Positions 11,657-25,115 of a DNA stretch of 64,000 nt are shown here, in pieces. The DNA is from Hemiscyllium ocellatum (lineage: Eukaryota). The DNA is taken from the NCBI RefSeq assembly GCF_020745735.1, contig NC_083438.1, positions 32,424,443 through 32,488,442 of the forward strand, read 5' to 3'. Below the pieces are notes generated by a model that was given only the letters and a program-made list of their open reading frames with translations, searched no databases and was not told the DNA's origin. A program made the position numbers and the translations under genes. Numbering within the stretch: position 1 is the stretch's first letter; the number at the start of each line of letters is the position of its first letter.

Positions 11657-13413
11657 CTGAGTTTCCCCCGCACTGAGCCTGGCTCAGGGAGGGGGGGAAT
11701 CAGCCCAGTGTTGGGGGGATCGAGTGATTCCTGATGGAAAGTCTGAGCTCAGGATTGGGATCAACAATCACCTTCCAATTTGCACAAATCCTTCTGAGCA
11801 GCACAACCTCAGGAGGGAAACTCCCAGTGGGAGTGTTATCCAATTACTAGAAAAACTGTCCAAGTATTTCATTCTCTGTATTATTCAGCATTACTGTTAC
11901 AGTCTGTGTCCAAACACTGTCTCAGGGTTCAGCTGTGAAACCCTAACTCTAACCCCCAATGCTCATCCTGTGAGATATTTTTCACAGATTTTTTCTTTAT
12001 TATTAATTGAGAACTTTAATAATTTGTGCTCAGTGTGGGTGATACTGCCAGGGATCCATTTATTGTCCATGTGGCCTTGACCAACTGCAGTCCTTATAGT
12101 GATGGTGCTCCCACACTGGGGAACATGGGAAGAGGCTTCAGAAACTCCCCCTGCAGCAGCACCTACTGGGCAAAGCCAGGAACTACATCACAACCACCTG
12201 GTGAAGAGGCACTTGGAAAGGTAGTGGTTCCAAATGAACCTGTTGGACTATAACCTGATGTTGTGTGATTTTTAACTTTACAATACTACAGGAAATAATG
12301 TAATGTAATGAAGGTATTAATAATATATTGATCTTGTGCTGATGTGTCCTGTATGTTTATTTCTGACTTTTGTGTACGAAACAAGATGGTAAATATTTTA
12401 TATGCAGATATTTCTATATTTTTATCCTGGATATTTCTTACATTTCTACCTCTGCTTTTTGCTCTGAGCTGTGATTAAAGAAAAGCTGGTCCTGATGTTA
12501 GTGGGTCTACAGTCCGATGTTTAATGACTGCTGGTCACTGCATGAACAGAGGGGCTGCTGTCTACAGGCAGTAAGTCCCTGATACGACTTGGAGTGAATG
12601 GAATTGGCTGAAGACTGGGATCAGTGATTGTGGGAATCTCAGGAGGAGCAGGAACATTTATCCAGTCGGTGTTCCTGGCTGGAGATGTTCTGTGAACTCT
12701 TCAGTCTTTTACATTGTGCCAAGGGAAGGTACATAGGAGCAGGAGTCGGCCAATTAAGTTGTTTGAGCCTGGTCTGCCATTCTCAATCCTGGCTGATCAT
12801 CTACTTCAAAAGAACAAAACAACAAAAGTACAGCACAGGAACAGGCCCTTCAGCCCTCCATCATCATGCTTTCACTAAACTAACAAACAAACCTTCTGCC
12901 CTTATTCAGTCTGTATCCCTCTATTCCCTCCCTATTTATGACATCATCTGGATGCCTCTTCAATGTCACCAATGTGCCTGCTTCCACCACCTCTTCTGGC
13001 AGTGTGTTCCAGGCTCCTACCACAGTGTGAAAACCTTCCCGCGCACATCTGCTTAAACCTCCCCCTCTCACCTTGTACCTGTGTCCCCTTGTAATTGAAA
13101 CTTCAACCCTGGGGAAAAGCCTCAGACTATCCACCCTATCCATGCCTCTCATAATGCTGTAGCCCTCTGTCAGGTCTCCTCTCAGCCGCTGTCTTCCCAG
13201 TGAAAACAACGCTAGTCTTTTTAACCTTTCTTTGTGGCCAATGCCCTCGAGATCTGGCCCCATCCTGGTGACCCTTCTCTGTGCTCTCTCCATGTCCTTC
13301 TGGTGGCATGGCAACCAAACCTCATTACCATATTCCTGTCCCTCCCCCATATCTCTCGCTGTGATCAGTGACTAGACATTGATCAAGCTCTGTCTTCCAT
13401 TTGCCTCTGGATT
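11530..13413. repeat. Left arm of a large inverted repeat (right arm about 15085-16690)
   Basis: Mirror ORFs 12880-13350(-) and 15148-15618(+) are nearly identical; arms include the tail exon, 3' UTR and a CR1 fragment; spacer about 1.7 kb. Confidence 0.9.
12820..13300 (-). mobile_element. CR1 3' fragment (mirror copy at about 15200-15680, plus)
   Basis: ERAQRRVTRM..ERLKRLALFSLGRQRLRGDL..TRGHRYK, the CR1 ORF2 C-terminus. Confidence 0.85.
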
Positions 13414-16400
13414 GTCATGGGGGAACCGCTCTCCAACACAACGGGAAGAGGGACCCCATTGATACTGTCAAGCCAAAAGGATCATTGAAGCTGGGGATGG
13501 GATGATGGTCCGGGGCTGGAAGGGATGGGGAGCTGTCAGAAACACACCCCTTTGTGGGGTACACACCTCCAGGGGTTCCATGAGCAGGAGAAAGAGAGCC
13601 AGTGCTGAGGGATGTGCACTGGGTTAGGAGTGACCACCTTTCCAATGCACTGACCAGAAGTGTGTGTGGGAGCTGGGGAAGCCTCGAACCATTTCATAAA
13701 TCCTGTCACCTGATGCTGCTGCAGAAACCCATGGAAACCACTGAGACTGAGAGCTGGAGCAATCTGGGACTCAAATCAGATCGCTGTTCCCCCCTCCCCC
13801 CTAGGCAGAGACTTCTAACAAACCTGTTCGGGGATGTTAGGACACATCTCTGGAGAAGGTGGGATTTGAACTACGGCCAGAGGTGGGGTCACTACCACAA
13901 CATCCATCCCTTGTAGAATAAAGAGGGTGTCTGACTGGAAACAGCACTCACCTCCGTTTTGCAGAATCATTTTGGGGAAGATGAATTGGGGAGGGAGGGG
14001 GTGTGGGGTCAGGAGGAGAGTTTACCAGGGGCCAGGGGACTAGAGGGGGCCCGGATCAGCCGGCTGGACTGACTGCCCACGGCCGGTAGGCCCGAATCCC
14101 CGGGGTGTGGGTACATCGATGGGCGGTGTGTGTGTGTGTGTGTGAGAGAGAGGGGAGAGAGTCACCGTGGGCCAGGGGCCAGGGAAGGGCTGGAGAGAAA
14201 AGGAGAAGCCCCACACAAGGCTGAGGGACATGGAAAGGAGACAGGCCCTTTAGGTGGGGAGCAGAGGGCTCAATATCTAAACTTCATGGGGAGAAGGGAA
14301 CAACGTTAATGGAGAGATTGAAGGGAAAAACAGGTGGGATTTCCCAGACTCACCAGAGGAGGGAAAGATCTGGTGGGAAACAGAAACAGGGGCAGGAGTC
14401 AGGGAAAGGCTTGGATAAATCATTTTGGAAATATCAGAGTTTTCTGGAATTCTAGGAAAAGGAAAGTGTGAGTGTGTGTGTGTGTGTTCAGAAACTGCAG
14501 GATTATTCCAGAGAGGGAGGGAGAAACGAGGGGCAGGATGAGACAGAAATGTAGAACATGGCAGTGGGCTGGGGAGAGGGGGCTTCCTGAGGGCACATTG
14601 TGCTGGGATATGGAGGGCTGGGGAAAAGGAGGCAGCTGTAACTGATAGAGAGCTCTTTCCTCCTGCACCCTCACTTTTGGGTCAATATCCCCCTCAACCA
14701 CCAGCATTTAAATCAAACAGAGAATCTGATCATAATGACAGTGCTACGTGTGGGAACTTACTGTGTGCAAATTAACCACCATCATTCCGAGATTACAACA
14801 GTCCCTTCACTGACCGGGAAGCATTGTGGGATGTGGTACAGAGGTGAAAGGTGCTAGAAAATGTAAACCCTTCCTGAAATGGAGTCAACATAAAAGAAAG
14901 TGTTCACACCATCAAAGCTCTGCAATGCTGCTGCATTCAGCCTTTAATGGTGGGGAACCATTCACCATCAAGTGGGAGGTGACTCCATGTCCATCCGTAT
15001 CCTCAATGATGGGGAAACCTGCATCTGCTCAAAGAGACGGTGTGTGTGCGTCAGAGGGAGAGAGAGAACACAGGTACAGGAAGCAATTCAGAGGCAAATG
15101 GAAGACAGAACTTGGTCAATGTCTAGTCACTGATCACAGGGAGAGATATGGGGGAGGGGCAGGAATATGGTAATGAGGTTTGGTTGCCATGCCACCAGAA
15201 GGACATGGAGAGAGCACAGAGAAGGGTCACCAGGATGGGGCCAGATCTCGAGGGCATTGGCCACAAAGAAAGGTTAAAAAGACTAGGGTTGTTTTCACTG
15301 GGAAGGCAGCGGCTGAGAGGAGACCTGACAGAGGGCTACAGCATTATGAGAGGCATGGATAGGGTGGATAGTCAGAGGCTTTTCCCCAGGGTTGAAGTTT
15401 CAATTACAAGGGGGCACAGTAACAAGGTGAGAGGGGGAGCTTTAAGGAGATGTGTGCGGGAAGGTTTTCACACTGTGGTAGGAGCCTGGAACACACTGCC
15501 AGAAGAGGTGGTGGAAGCAGGCACATTAGTGACATTGAAGAGGCATCCAGATGATGCCATAAATAGGGAGGGAATAGAGGGATACAGACTGAATAAGGGC
15601 AGAAGGTTTGTTTGTTAGTTTAGTGAAAGCATGATGATGGAGGGCTGAAGGGCCTGTTCCTGTGCTGTACTTTTCTTTTGTTGTTTTGTTCTTTTGAAGT
15701 AGATGATCAGGCAGGATTGAGAATGGCAGACCAGGCTCAAACAACTTAATTGGCCGACTCCTGCTCCTATGTACCTTCCCTTGGCACAATGTAAAAGACT
15801 GAAGAGTTCACAGAACACCTCCAGCCAGGAACACCGACTGGATAAATGTTCCTGCTCCTCCTGAGATTCCCACAATCACTGATCCCAGTCTTCAGCCAAT
15901 TCCATTCACTCCAAGTCGTATCAGGGACTTACTGCCTGTAGACAGCAGCCCCTCTGTTCATGCAGTGACCAGCAGTCATTAAACATCAGACTGTAGACCC
16001 ACTAATCTCAGCACCAGCTTTTCTTTAATCACAGCTCAGAGCAAAAAGCAGAGGTAGAAAAGTAAGAAATATCCAGGATAAAAATACAGAAATATCTGCA
16101 TATAAAATATTTACAATCTTGTTTCATACACAAAAGTCAGATATAAACATACAGGACATATCAGCACAAGATCATTACATTATAACACAGCAGGAAATAA
16201 AGTTAAAAATGACACAACATCAGATTATAGTCCAACAGGCTCATTTGGAACTACTACCTTTAGAAGTGCTTAAATATTTCACAGGATTAGCATTGGGGGT
16301 TAGAGTTAGGGTTACGCAGCTGAACCCCGGAGACAGGGTTTGGACACAGACTGTAACAGTAATGCTGAAATATAACGCAGCGGATGAAACACTTGGTCCA

Positions 16401-16598
16401 TTTTTTTGAGTATAGGGATAACACCCCCATGGGGTGTTTTCCTGAGATTGTGCTGCTCAGAATGATTTGTACAAAGTAGAAGGTGACTGTTGATCCCAAT
16501 CCTGAGCTCAGACTTTCCACCAGGAATCAATTGATCCCCCCCAACATTGGGCTAATTCCCCCCCTCCCTGAGCCAGGCTCAGTGCGGTGGAAACTCAG

Positions 16599-16719
16599 TC
16601 AGTGCTGGGCAGCCCCGTTCCCCAGAAGGTTTTGTTCTCCAGCCGCTCCATCCTGATGCATGGTCACCTCTCTCAAAGGGTCACCATTCAATGCTGCCAT
16701 CTTGTGTAGGTTCTGTTTC
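16599..16719 (-). CDS. Gene B cytoplasmic-tail exon (RKQNLHKMAALNGDPLREVTMHQDGAAGEQNLLGNGAAQH*)
   Basis: tctctctccatag|G acceptor, phase 2 matching the TM exon; 39-nt in-frame deletion relative to gene C. Confidence 0.8.
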
Positions 16720-18090
16720 CTATGGAGAGAGAAAACAGCAGGGAACAGGTTAAAAGAATCCACTATTTTGGACATGTGTGTCGGGGAGCTATTCAGGAGC
16801 ACAGACCCATTAAATCACCCTCAACATCCTGGGGACCAATGGCAGCTGGAAAATGGGTGACAGGAGCTGCACGGTGATGGAGCACAGAGTGTAGAGGAAA
16901 GGAGGCAATGGACAAGAGCTGGGCACTCCACAGGAGCTGTGTTGACTGACAGAGGGAGGGCCAGAGGAGAGAGTGAGAGAACCCTGCAATAGTTCCTCCT
17001 CCCACAGTGAGGGCTGTGTGTGGGGAAAGGCGGGGAGCACAGAGATGTGGATATTGAGGGAAACAAGGAAATCGAGATGGGCTTCCGAGTGACTGAACAC
17101 TTCAGTCCCAGGATAAGGGATGGGCTGTGTTGTTCGGAAAGTGCAGAATAATGAGTAACAACTTGCATTTCGATAGCACCTTGCACATTGTGGAGTATAG
17201 GAAAAGACAAGAGAGTGGCAGTGGAGAGACAGAGGGAGACGAGGGAGAGAAACTCAGACAAAGAGGTTTAGGTGAGGATTTGCAGAGCTTCAGAGCCAGG
17301 CAGCTGAAGGCACAGCCACCAATGGGGCAGCAATGGAAATATCAGGGATACAGGAGCACAGAGATCTGAGGGCTGTACAGCTGAAGGTGGTTACACATAG
17401 GGAGGGCGGAGGATATGGAGGGATTGGAAAAAGGATGGGAATGTTCAAATCTGTCCATCTCAGTCTGAAACAGATTTAACGATGGAACATCCACACCCAC
17501 ATGGAGTATAAACGTGAACCAGCATATCCCTGTTTGCAGCCTCTGTATCCCCCTCACAGCTTACTTTCCCACTGAGCTTTGTATCAGCAGCAAACTGGGA
17601 CAATCCCACCCTATCCCCCCATCTCAGTCACTGATATAGATTGTGAGTCACTGAGGTCCCAGCACTGATCCTTGCAGCACCAGTTACATCCTGACAACTG
17701 ACAATGACCCATTTGTTCCTGCTCTGTTCCTGTCCATTAACCAATCCTCAATCCATGCCAAATCACCCCCCAATCCCCTGGGCCCCTCATCTTGTACAAC
17801 AACCTATTGTGTGGCACCTTCTCAAATACCTCCTGAAATTCCCAATATATGCCCCATCCTCTGATTCTCCAGTGGGAAAATATTTGCTCCTTTCCAATCC
17901 ACGGGGACTGTTCAGCAGCGAGAGGATGACAAGCTGGAAGTGACTGGATGATGCTGCTCAATGACAGGCTGGATTGAAGCATCCTCACAGCTCAGGGAAT
18001 GGACAGGGACAGAGCTCAGCAACATTTCACACAATGTTATACAAAGATCAAAGGGTTACCATGGAAACGGTGCAACATTCCAGAACTCAC

Positions 18091-18193
18091 CTTCTTTGTC
18101 GCTTTAGGACAATGTAACCCACAATTCCAACAACAAAAACAGCAGCAATCCCGATTCCCAATCCAACTCTTGCTCTAGTTGTGACTCCAGGAC
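18091..18193 (-). CDS. Gene B transmembrane exon (GPGVTTRARVGLGIGIAAVFVVGIVGYIVLKRQR)
   Basis: tctctag|GT acceptor and AG|gtgagt donor; 103 nt, phase 1 to 2. Confidence 0.88.
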
Positions 18194-19121
18194 CTAGAGA
18201 CAGAGTGAAGCCATTAACAGACTGGGACACACAAACAAAACTAACAGCAGAGACCTTCAGCACCTAGTGTTTCAGAACCAGCCCCAGTACAAACAGATCC
18301 CTGGGTAATTCTAGTCCTGGAGGGATGTGGGAGGTTAGATCCCAATAAGCTCTCACACACCAGACCACCCCACAGCTCCTTGCACACAAAACACTCACAC
18401 ACACACACACAGCCCCACAATGTGATTGATTCATACTTTCCAACAGCGAGAACTGGGACTGACCAGCAGCAGTTTCCCTTCAATTAAACTGAACAGCAAC
18501 TGAAATTATTGTTAATTTTACAAGGAAAGTAAAGTGTTTCACACTGCCCTCAATCCAGGGTCACGACCTCCAGATTATATCTCTCTGTGCCCTCACCTCT
18601 GGTGGGCCTGTCCTTTCAGTGGGACAGGACATACCCAGGGATGGTGATCGGGGAGTCTGGGATGTTGTGTTATTTCTGTCAGTGTGACTATGTCCCACAG
18701 TGTCCCAAGTTGGACCCCAGTCCCCAGATGTTAGTGAGGGGGACTTTGCAGGGTCAGCTGGGCTGGCTGTGACATTGCTGTGTCCTGATTCGATGCCTGG
18801 CTCACAGCCAGTGGTCCATTCAGTTTTATTGTGGATTTTCCTGTCTATGGGTGTGGTATAAACTGATTGATGTGGTCAATTAAAGAGGGCAGTTAAATCT
18901 CTCCCCCCTCCCCACTTTGTGTGGAACTGGAGTCACATATATTGAACAATGTGAATTTAAGTTCTGAAAGTACCACAGTAGGATTTGATCTCTCACTCTC
19001 TCTCTCTCTCTGTTATTAATCCAGATTTCTGGATTACACGTCTAGTAACATATCCCCGGCACTCCCATCCCCCAAAAAATCAGAGATCCAATACAGAATC
19101 CCTGAAACAGAAACCTCTTAT

Positions 19122-19454
19122 CTGTTACAGAGAGATGAACACGTTGATGAAAGTGTAGACCCGTCCTGTCAGAAATCTGACACTGATACTCGTCCTGGTC
19201 TGTCTCCATGAGGTCAGAGATCAGAACTGACCAGTTGCCTTGCTCCTGATGAGCTTTGAACAGGTTTGTTCTGTTTCTGACACGTGGGTCTTGTTCTCTT
19301 AAATCATCGCTCCCATTCACAAAAGTGTGTACCATTTCACTCTTGGGTGTCCCCCAGATTACCAGTAAATCAGAGACTGGGACATTCCCTTTGTAGGTAC
19401 AGGGCAACACAACCTGCTCCCCAAGGAACCCAGAAACTGGGACAGGCGAGTCAC
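19122..19454 (-). pseudogene. Gene B second IgV exon (V2): open frame, non-canonical donor (ACAG|ataag)
   Basis: Intact acceptor, both Cys and Trp present, 333 nt phase 1-1; donor position has AT where paralogs have GT (compare GAG|gtgagatatttctgtttcagg at 40032). Confidence 0.75.
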
Positions 19455-19569
19455 CTGGAAAAGATTGAAAGTATTTACCCACAGATAGACCCTCCCTGCT
19501 GGTACATTACATCCCAAGCTTCACATGGTTACACTGCGATGCTGGATTTACAAGAAGCATTGAAGTCCT

Positions 19570-22290
19570 GAATTGGAAGATGGTATTGGGCAAGATCTTT
19601 CACAAGTTCACTGGGGGTGGATATTCTCAGATATAGGGTTGGCTGGAAAATGGGAAGCTTTCAAAGAATGAGACAGCGAGGGTCAAGAAACACTATGTCC
19701 CTGTCAGGATGAAGGGCAAGGCTGGTAGGTGTAGGGAAAGCTGAATGACTTGGAGAAATTGAGGGTTGGGTCAAAAAAAGAAAGAAACATATGGCAGGGG
19801 ATAGACAGCAGAAATTGAGTTAATCCTGGGAAGTGTATAAAGGCAGTCGGAGCATACTTCAGAGGGAAGTCAGGTGGGCAAAAAGGGGACATGAGATAGC
19901 TTTGGCCAATAGGGCTAAGGAGAACCTAAAGCGATTCTCTAAATTCATTGAGGACAAAAGGGTAACGAGGGAGAGAATAGGACACCCCAAAGATTAGTAA
20001 GGCAGCTTTTGTGTGGAACTGCAGGAGATGGGGGAGATACTAAATAACTATTTGGCATCAATGTTTACTGTGGAGAAGGATCTGGAAGATTGAGAACTGG
20101 GTGAAATAGATGGTGACATCTTGAAAAGTGTCCATATTACAGAGAAGGTGGTGCTGGATGCCTTAAAACACAGAAAGGTGGATAAATCCCCAGGACCTGA
20201 TCAGGTGTACCCTAGAACTCTGTGGGAAGCTAGGGAAGTGATTGCTGGGCCCCTTGCTGAGATATTTGTTCCATCGATGTCACAGGTGAGATGCCAGAAG
20301 ACTAACGTGATGTCACCACTTAAGAAAGGTGGAAAGGAAAAGCCGGGCAACTATAGACCAGTGAGTCTGACATTAATGGTGGGCAAGTTGTTGGAGGGAA
20401 TCCTGAGGGACAGCATTACATGTATTTGGAAAGGCAAGGACTGATTCAGGGAAGTCAGGCTGGCTTTGTGTTTCAGAAATCATGTCTCGTGAACTTGATT
20501 GAGTTTTTGAAGAAGTAACAAAGAGGGTTGATGAGGGCAGAGCGGTGGACGTGATCTATGTGGACATCAGTAAGGAGTTTGACAAGGTTCCTCATGGGAG
20601 ACTGGTTAGCGAGGTTAGACCGCATGGAATACAGGGAGAACTAGCCATTTGGATACAGAACTGGCTCGAGGGTAGAAGGCAGAGGCTGGTGGTGGAGGGT
20701 TGCTTTTCAGACTGGAGGCCTGTGATCAATGGTATGCCACAAGGATCAGTGCTGGGACAACTCTTTTTCATCACTTATTTAACTGTTTAAATGTGAGCAG
20801 AGGAGGTACAGTTAGTAGGTTTGCAGCTGACACCAAAATTGGATCATAGAATCCCTAATGTGGAAACAGGCCATTGGCCCAACAAGTCCTCACCGACCCT
20901 CCAAACAGTATCCCACCCAGACCCATTCCCCAACCCTATATTTCCCCTAAGTCACATGCCTCACAACCCTGAACACTATGGGCAATTTAGCACAGCCAAT
21001 TCACCCGAACCTACACATCTTCAGACTGTGGGAGGAGACTGGAGCACCCAGAGCAAACCCACACAGACGCAGCGAGAATGTGCAAACTCCACACAGACAA
21101 TTGCCTGAGGTTGGAATTGAACCCAGATCCCTGGTACTGCAAGGCAAAATTGCTAACCACTGAGCCACCATGCCGCGTAGTGGACAGTGAAGGTTATCAC
21201 AGAGTACAACGGGATCTTGATCAGATGGGTCAATGGGCTGAGTAGCAGCAGATGGAGTTTAATTTAGATAAATGTGAGGTGCTACATTTTGGTAAGGTAA
21301 ATCAGAGCAAGGCTCATACACTGAACGGTCATGTCTTGGGCAGGTGATGCTGAACAAAGAGACCTTGGAATGCAGGTTCAGAGTTCCTTGAAAGTAGAGT
21401 CACAGGTAGATACGATAGTGAAGTAGGCCTTTGGTATGCTTTCCTTTACTGGTCAGTATTGAGTACAGGAGTTGGGAGGCCATGTTGCGGCTGTACAGGG
21501 CATTGTTAAGGCCACTTTTGGAACATTGTGTGCAATTTTGGTCTCCCTTCTATCAGAAGGATGTAGTGAAACTTGAAAGGGTTCAGAAAAGATTTACAAG
21601 GATGTCGCCAGGATTGGAGGATTTGAGCTGTAGGAGAGACTGAATTGGCTGTTTTCCCTGGAGTGGAGTCTGAGGGGGTGACCTGAAAGAGATTTATACA
21701 ATCATGAGGAGCATGGAGAGGGTAAATAAACAAAGTATTTTCGCTGGGATGGGAGAGTTCAGAACTAGACAGCATAGGTTTTGGGTGAGAGAGATAAGAT
21801 TGAAAACTGACATAAGGGGCAACTTTTTCACACAGAGGGTAGTGCATGTATAAAATGAGCTGTTAGAGGACGTGGCGGAGGTTGGTACAATGACAGCATT
21901 TGAAAGGCATTTGGAGGGTTTGAGCTCGAGGGAAAGGCGGAATAGGCTGGGGCTGTTTTCCCTGTAGTGTCAGAGGTTTGAGGGATGACCTTTTAGAGGT
22001 TTATCAAATCATGAGGGGCATGGATAGAGTGAACAGCCAAGGTCTTTTCCCCAGGGTAGGGGAGTCCAAAATTAGAGGGCATAGGTTTAGGGTGAGAGGG
22101 GTAGGATTTTAAAAAGGACCTTTTTCACAGAGAGGGTGATGCATGGACTGAATGAGAATAGAAAGGTATATGAATAGAAAGAATATATAGAGGGGTATGG
22201 GTCAAATGCTAGTAAATGGGACTTGGTTAATTTAGGGTATCTGGATAGCATGGATGATGTGGAGTGAAGGGTCTCTTTCCATGCTGTCCC
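19570..22290 (+). mobile_element. Degenerate CR1 ORF2 fragments with a nested HE1-like SINE (about 20845-21178, minus)
   Basis: KSPGPDQVYP, NYRPVSLT, DISKEFDKVPHGRL, PQGSVLG, KLERVQKRFTRM in successive ORFs. Confidence 0.9.
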
Positions 22291-22436
22291 GTTCTATAAT
22301 TCTGTGACTCTCACTGAGTCAGTCTTTGGTAAAATATCACACAGCATTTCAAACTTTCCAAGGTTCCTCCCTGTCGATCCAGCATGATCCAGTGTAAGAG
22401 CTGAGAACACACGCAGTAGTTTAGAAACAGATTTAC

Positions 22437-22475
22437 CTGATACATGTGTATTCGGTCCAGGTGTAGGAGCTCGCT
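22437..22475 (-). CDS. Gene B 39-nt stalk mini-exon (ERAPTPGPNTHVS)
   Basis: tttccttcag|AG acceptor and CAG|gtaaat donor; phase 1-1. Confidence 0.8.
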
Positions 22476-22599
22476 CTGAAGGAAACATCGTGTGGTTAGT
22501 ACGGTGTGTGAAACAAACTACAGAAATGTTCAGAGGCTCTATCGGGCTTTAGGGAAATACACCCAGGGAGGAATGAGGCTCAGGTCAGACGGATCAGGA

Positions 22600-22840
22600 A
22601 CAGATAAAAGCAAATTCCTGCAGATGCTGGAATCTGAAACCAAAAGAGAAAATGCTGGAACATCTCAGCAAGTCTAGCAGCATCTGTAAGGAGAGAAAAG
22701 AGCTGATGTTTCGTGTCTAATTGTCCCTGTATCAAAGTTTTGACAAAGGGTCAGTTAGACTCGAAACGTCAGCACTTTTCTCTCCTTACAGAAGCTGCCA
22801 GACCTGCTGAGATTTTCCAGCATTTTCACTTTTGGTATCA
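22600..22840. mobile_element. Palindromic element built from two inverted Penelope-type termini
   Basis: Arms aaatgctggaacatctcagcaagtctagcagcatctgtaaggagagaaaag and cttttctctccttacagaagctgccagacctgctgagattttccagcattt are reverse complements; degenerate TGAC..GAAACGTC cores. Confidence 0.65.
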
Positions 22841-24134
22841 GCAACAGGATCGGGAGTGAAAATTCCAACAGGATTGCATTAACTGGGAAGGGTAGAATGG
22901 AAGTTTTCCAGAGTGACCCTGAGCAGGATCATTCCCAGCAGCTTATATCCCCCTGTGGAGAGAATCCTCACAGGATCCTGGGCCGACTGGGATACACTTT
23001 TAAGGTCAGTGCACTGGGTCTTGGAAAGGCTGCTTGGGAGGGGCTGTGGGTCCCACCTCCTGCAGCCCAACCTCTGGAGACAGAAGGACCATGTTTCTGG
23101 GGAGGAAGTGCAGGTTCTCACACTGTTAACCCCTTGCATCACCCAGTTTGGTAGCTCCATCCTTCAGGGCTCAGTCAGCTCGCTCAGTGGGGTTTATTAC
23201 TGAGTGACCCTTGGGGATGGACAGGGAGGACCCACTCAGTAGATTCTGTGTCTGTGTGACCCTCAGTGCTTCCCCCAAGTGGGGGTGAACATTGTGGGGT
23301 ACCCATTGATCAGCTGAGGGAGGGCAGTAGGTGAGAATCAGCAGGAGGTTTCCAGGCCCATGTTTGACCCGAGGCTGAGAGACTTAATGGGGCTCAAAGT
23401 CAATGTTGAGGAGCCCAATCCCCTCTCCCTCCTGACTGTATCCCCCTGGGGTGATCGGATACAGCCCGGGATGGTGATAGTGCAGTCTGGGGTAGACAGG
23501 GGATTCTGTCAGGATGGCTCTGTCACACAGCCCAACATACAGAGCCCAGATGTTAGTGACTGGGTCTTTGCAGAGTCAACTGGGCTGGGTGTGTCTTTGT
23601 TGTTGCCTGGTTCAATCCCTGGGTCACAGCCAGTGGGTCTGTTCAGGTTTAATCTTGTTCCTCTTCATCATGGAGAGATTGAAAATCATTGTCAACTCAG
23701 GTAAATGTCCCCCAGGTTAGTGTGGGACTGGAGTCACATAGAGACCAGACCGGGTAAGGACAGCAGGTTTCCTTCCCTAAAGGGACATGAGGGAACCAGT
23801 TGGGGTTTTACAACAATCCAACAGTTTCATGGTCAGCAGTTCTGAGGATGGATCACTCAACCCAAAACATTAACTCTGATTTCTCTCCACAGATGCTGCC
23901 ATACCTACTGAGCTTTTCCAGTAATTTCTGTTTTTGTTTCTGATTTACGGCATCTGCAGTTCTTTTGATTTTTATTTAGCTTCATGGTCTCTTTTATTGC
24001 GGCTGAATTTATATTCCCAGATTATAATTCAAATACAATACTTAGATTGTCTCAGAATGGCATATAACCCCTGCACAAACACAGACAGAAAATCACAGAT
24101 TAAATACTGAACATCTGAAGGAGATCGCTCTCAC

Positions 24135-24479
24135 CTTTTACAGAGAGATCAACAGAATCAGACTGCTCTGAATAAAAAAGCACACCAACTCTCTTTTGAA
24201 TCCAACACTGATACACATCCTGGTCTGTCTCCCTGAGGTCAGAGATCAGAACTGACCAGTTCCCTTGTTCCAGTTGACCTTTGAACAGGTTCGCTCGGTT
24301 TCTGAACCGTGGGTCTTGTTGGGCCAAATCATCATTCCCATCGACAAACTCGTATAAAATTTCCTCCTTCTCTGTCCTCCAGATTACCAGTAAATCAGAG
24401 ACTGGGACATTCCCTTTGTAGGTACAGGGCAGCACAACCTGCTCCCCAAGGAACCCAGAAACTGGGACAGGCGAGTCAC
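24135..24479 (-). CDS. Gene B first IgV exon (V3)
   Basis: ttccag|GT GAC acceptor and AAAG|gtgag donor; 345 nt, phase 1-1; intact C-W-C triad. Confidence 0.92.
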
Positions 24480-25115
24480 CTGGAAAAGATTGAAAGTATT
24501 TACCCACAGATAGACCCTCCCTGCTGGTACATTACATCCCAAGCTTCACATGGTTACACTGCGATGCTGGATTTACAAGAAGCTCTGATCAGTAACTCAC
24601 TGCTTTCATTTCTGGGGGAAGGTTAAAGCTCAGACATTGAGGGTCTTCAACTAAAAGCAGCTTGTGCTGGATATTTGTCAGCACTGAGCATCTGGACAGC
24701 ACTTTGAATCACATGGTTCCCATTCGGACACCCACTGGGAGACTGGGGAGGGATTGGGAGGGAAGGTGCACTGTGGGAGGTGGAACTGAGCAGCCAGAAA
24801 ACCTGAAAGGATAATGACAGAAAGGGGAGGGGTGGGGGAGGGCACCCCAGGTTGTGCAGAGAGTTTGGGACAGGCTGTGGGGACCTTACCCTCCTCCCCC
24901 ACACACTCAGAATCCAAAGATCCAGAGCTTCATCCCCACTCCCATGATCTGAGACAATTCCCACCTCCATTTGATCCCAGGAGATTCCCAGATTCCTGAT
25001 CCCAGTGCTCAGGGCTCACTCTCCCCTCCCACTGTCACTGAGTGTAGTTCAGTGTCCAGCTGCCTCTGTTCACATCCCAGGGGTTAACCTGAAGACATTG
25101 AGTGCCTTCCTTTCA

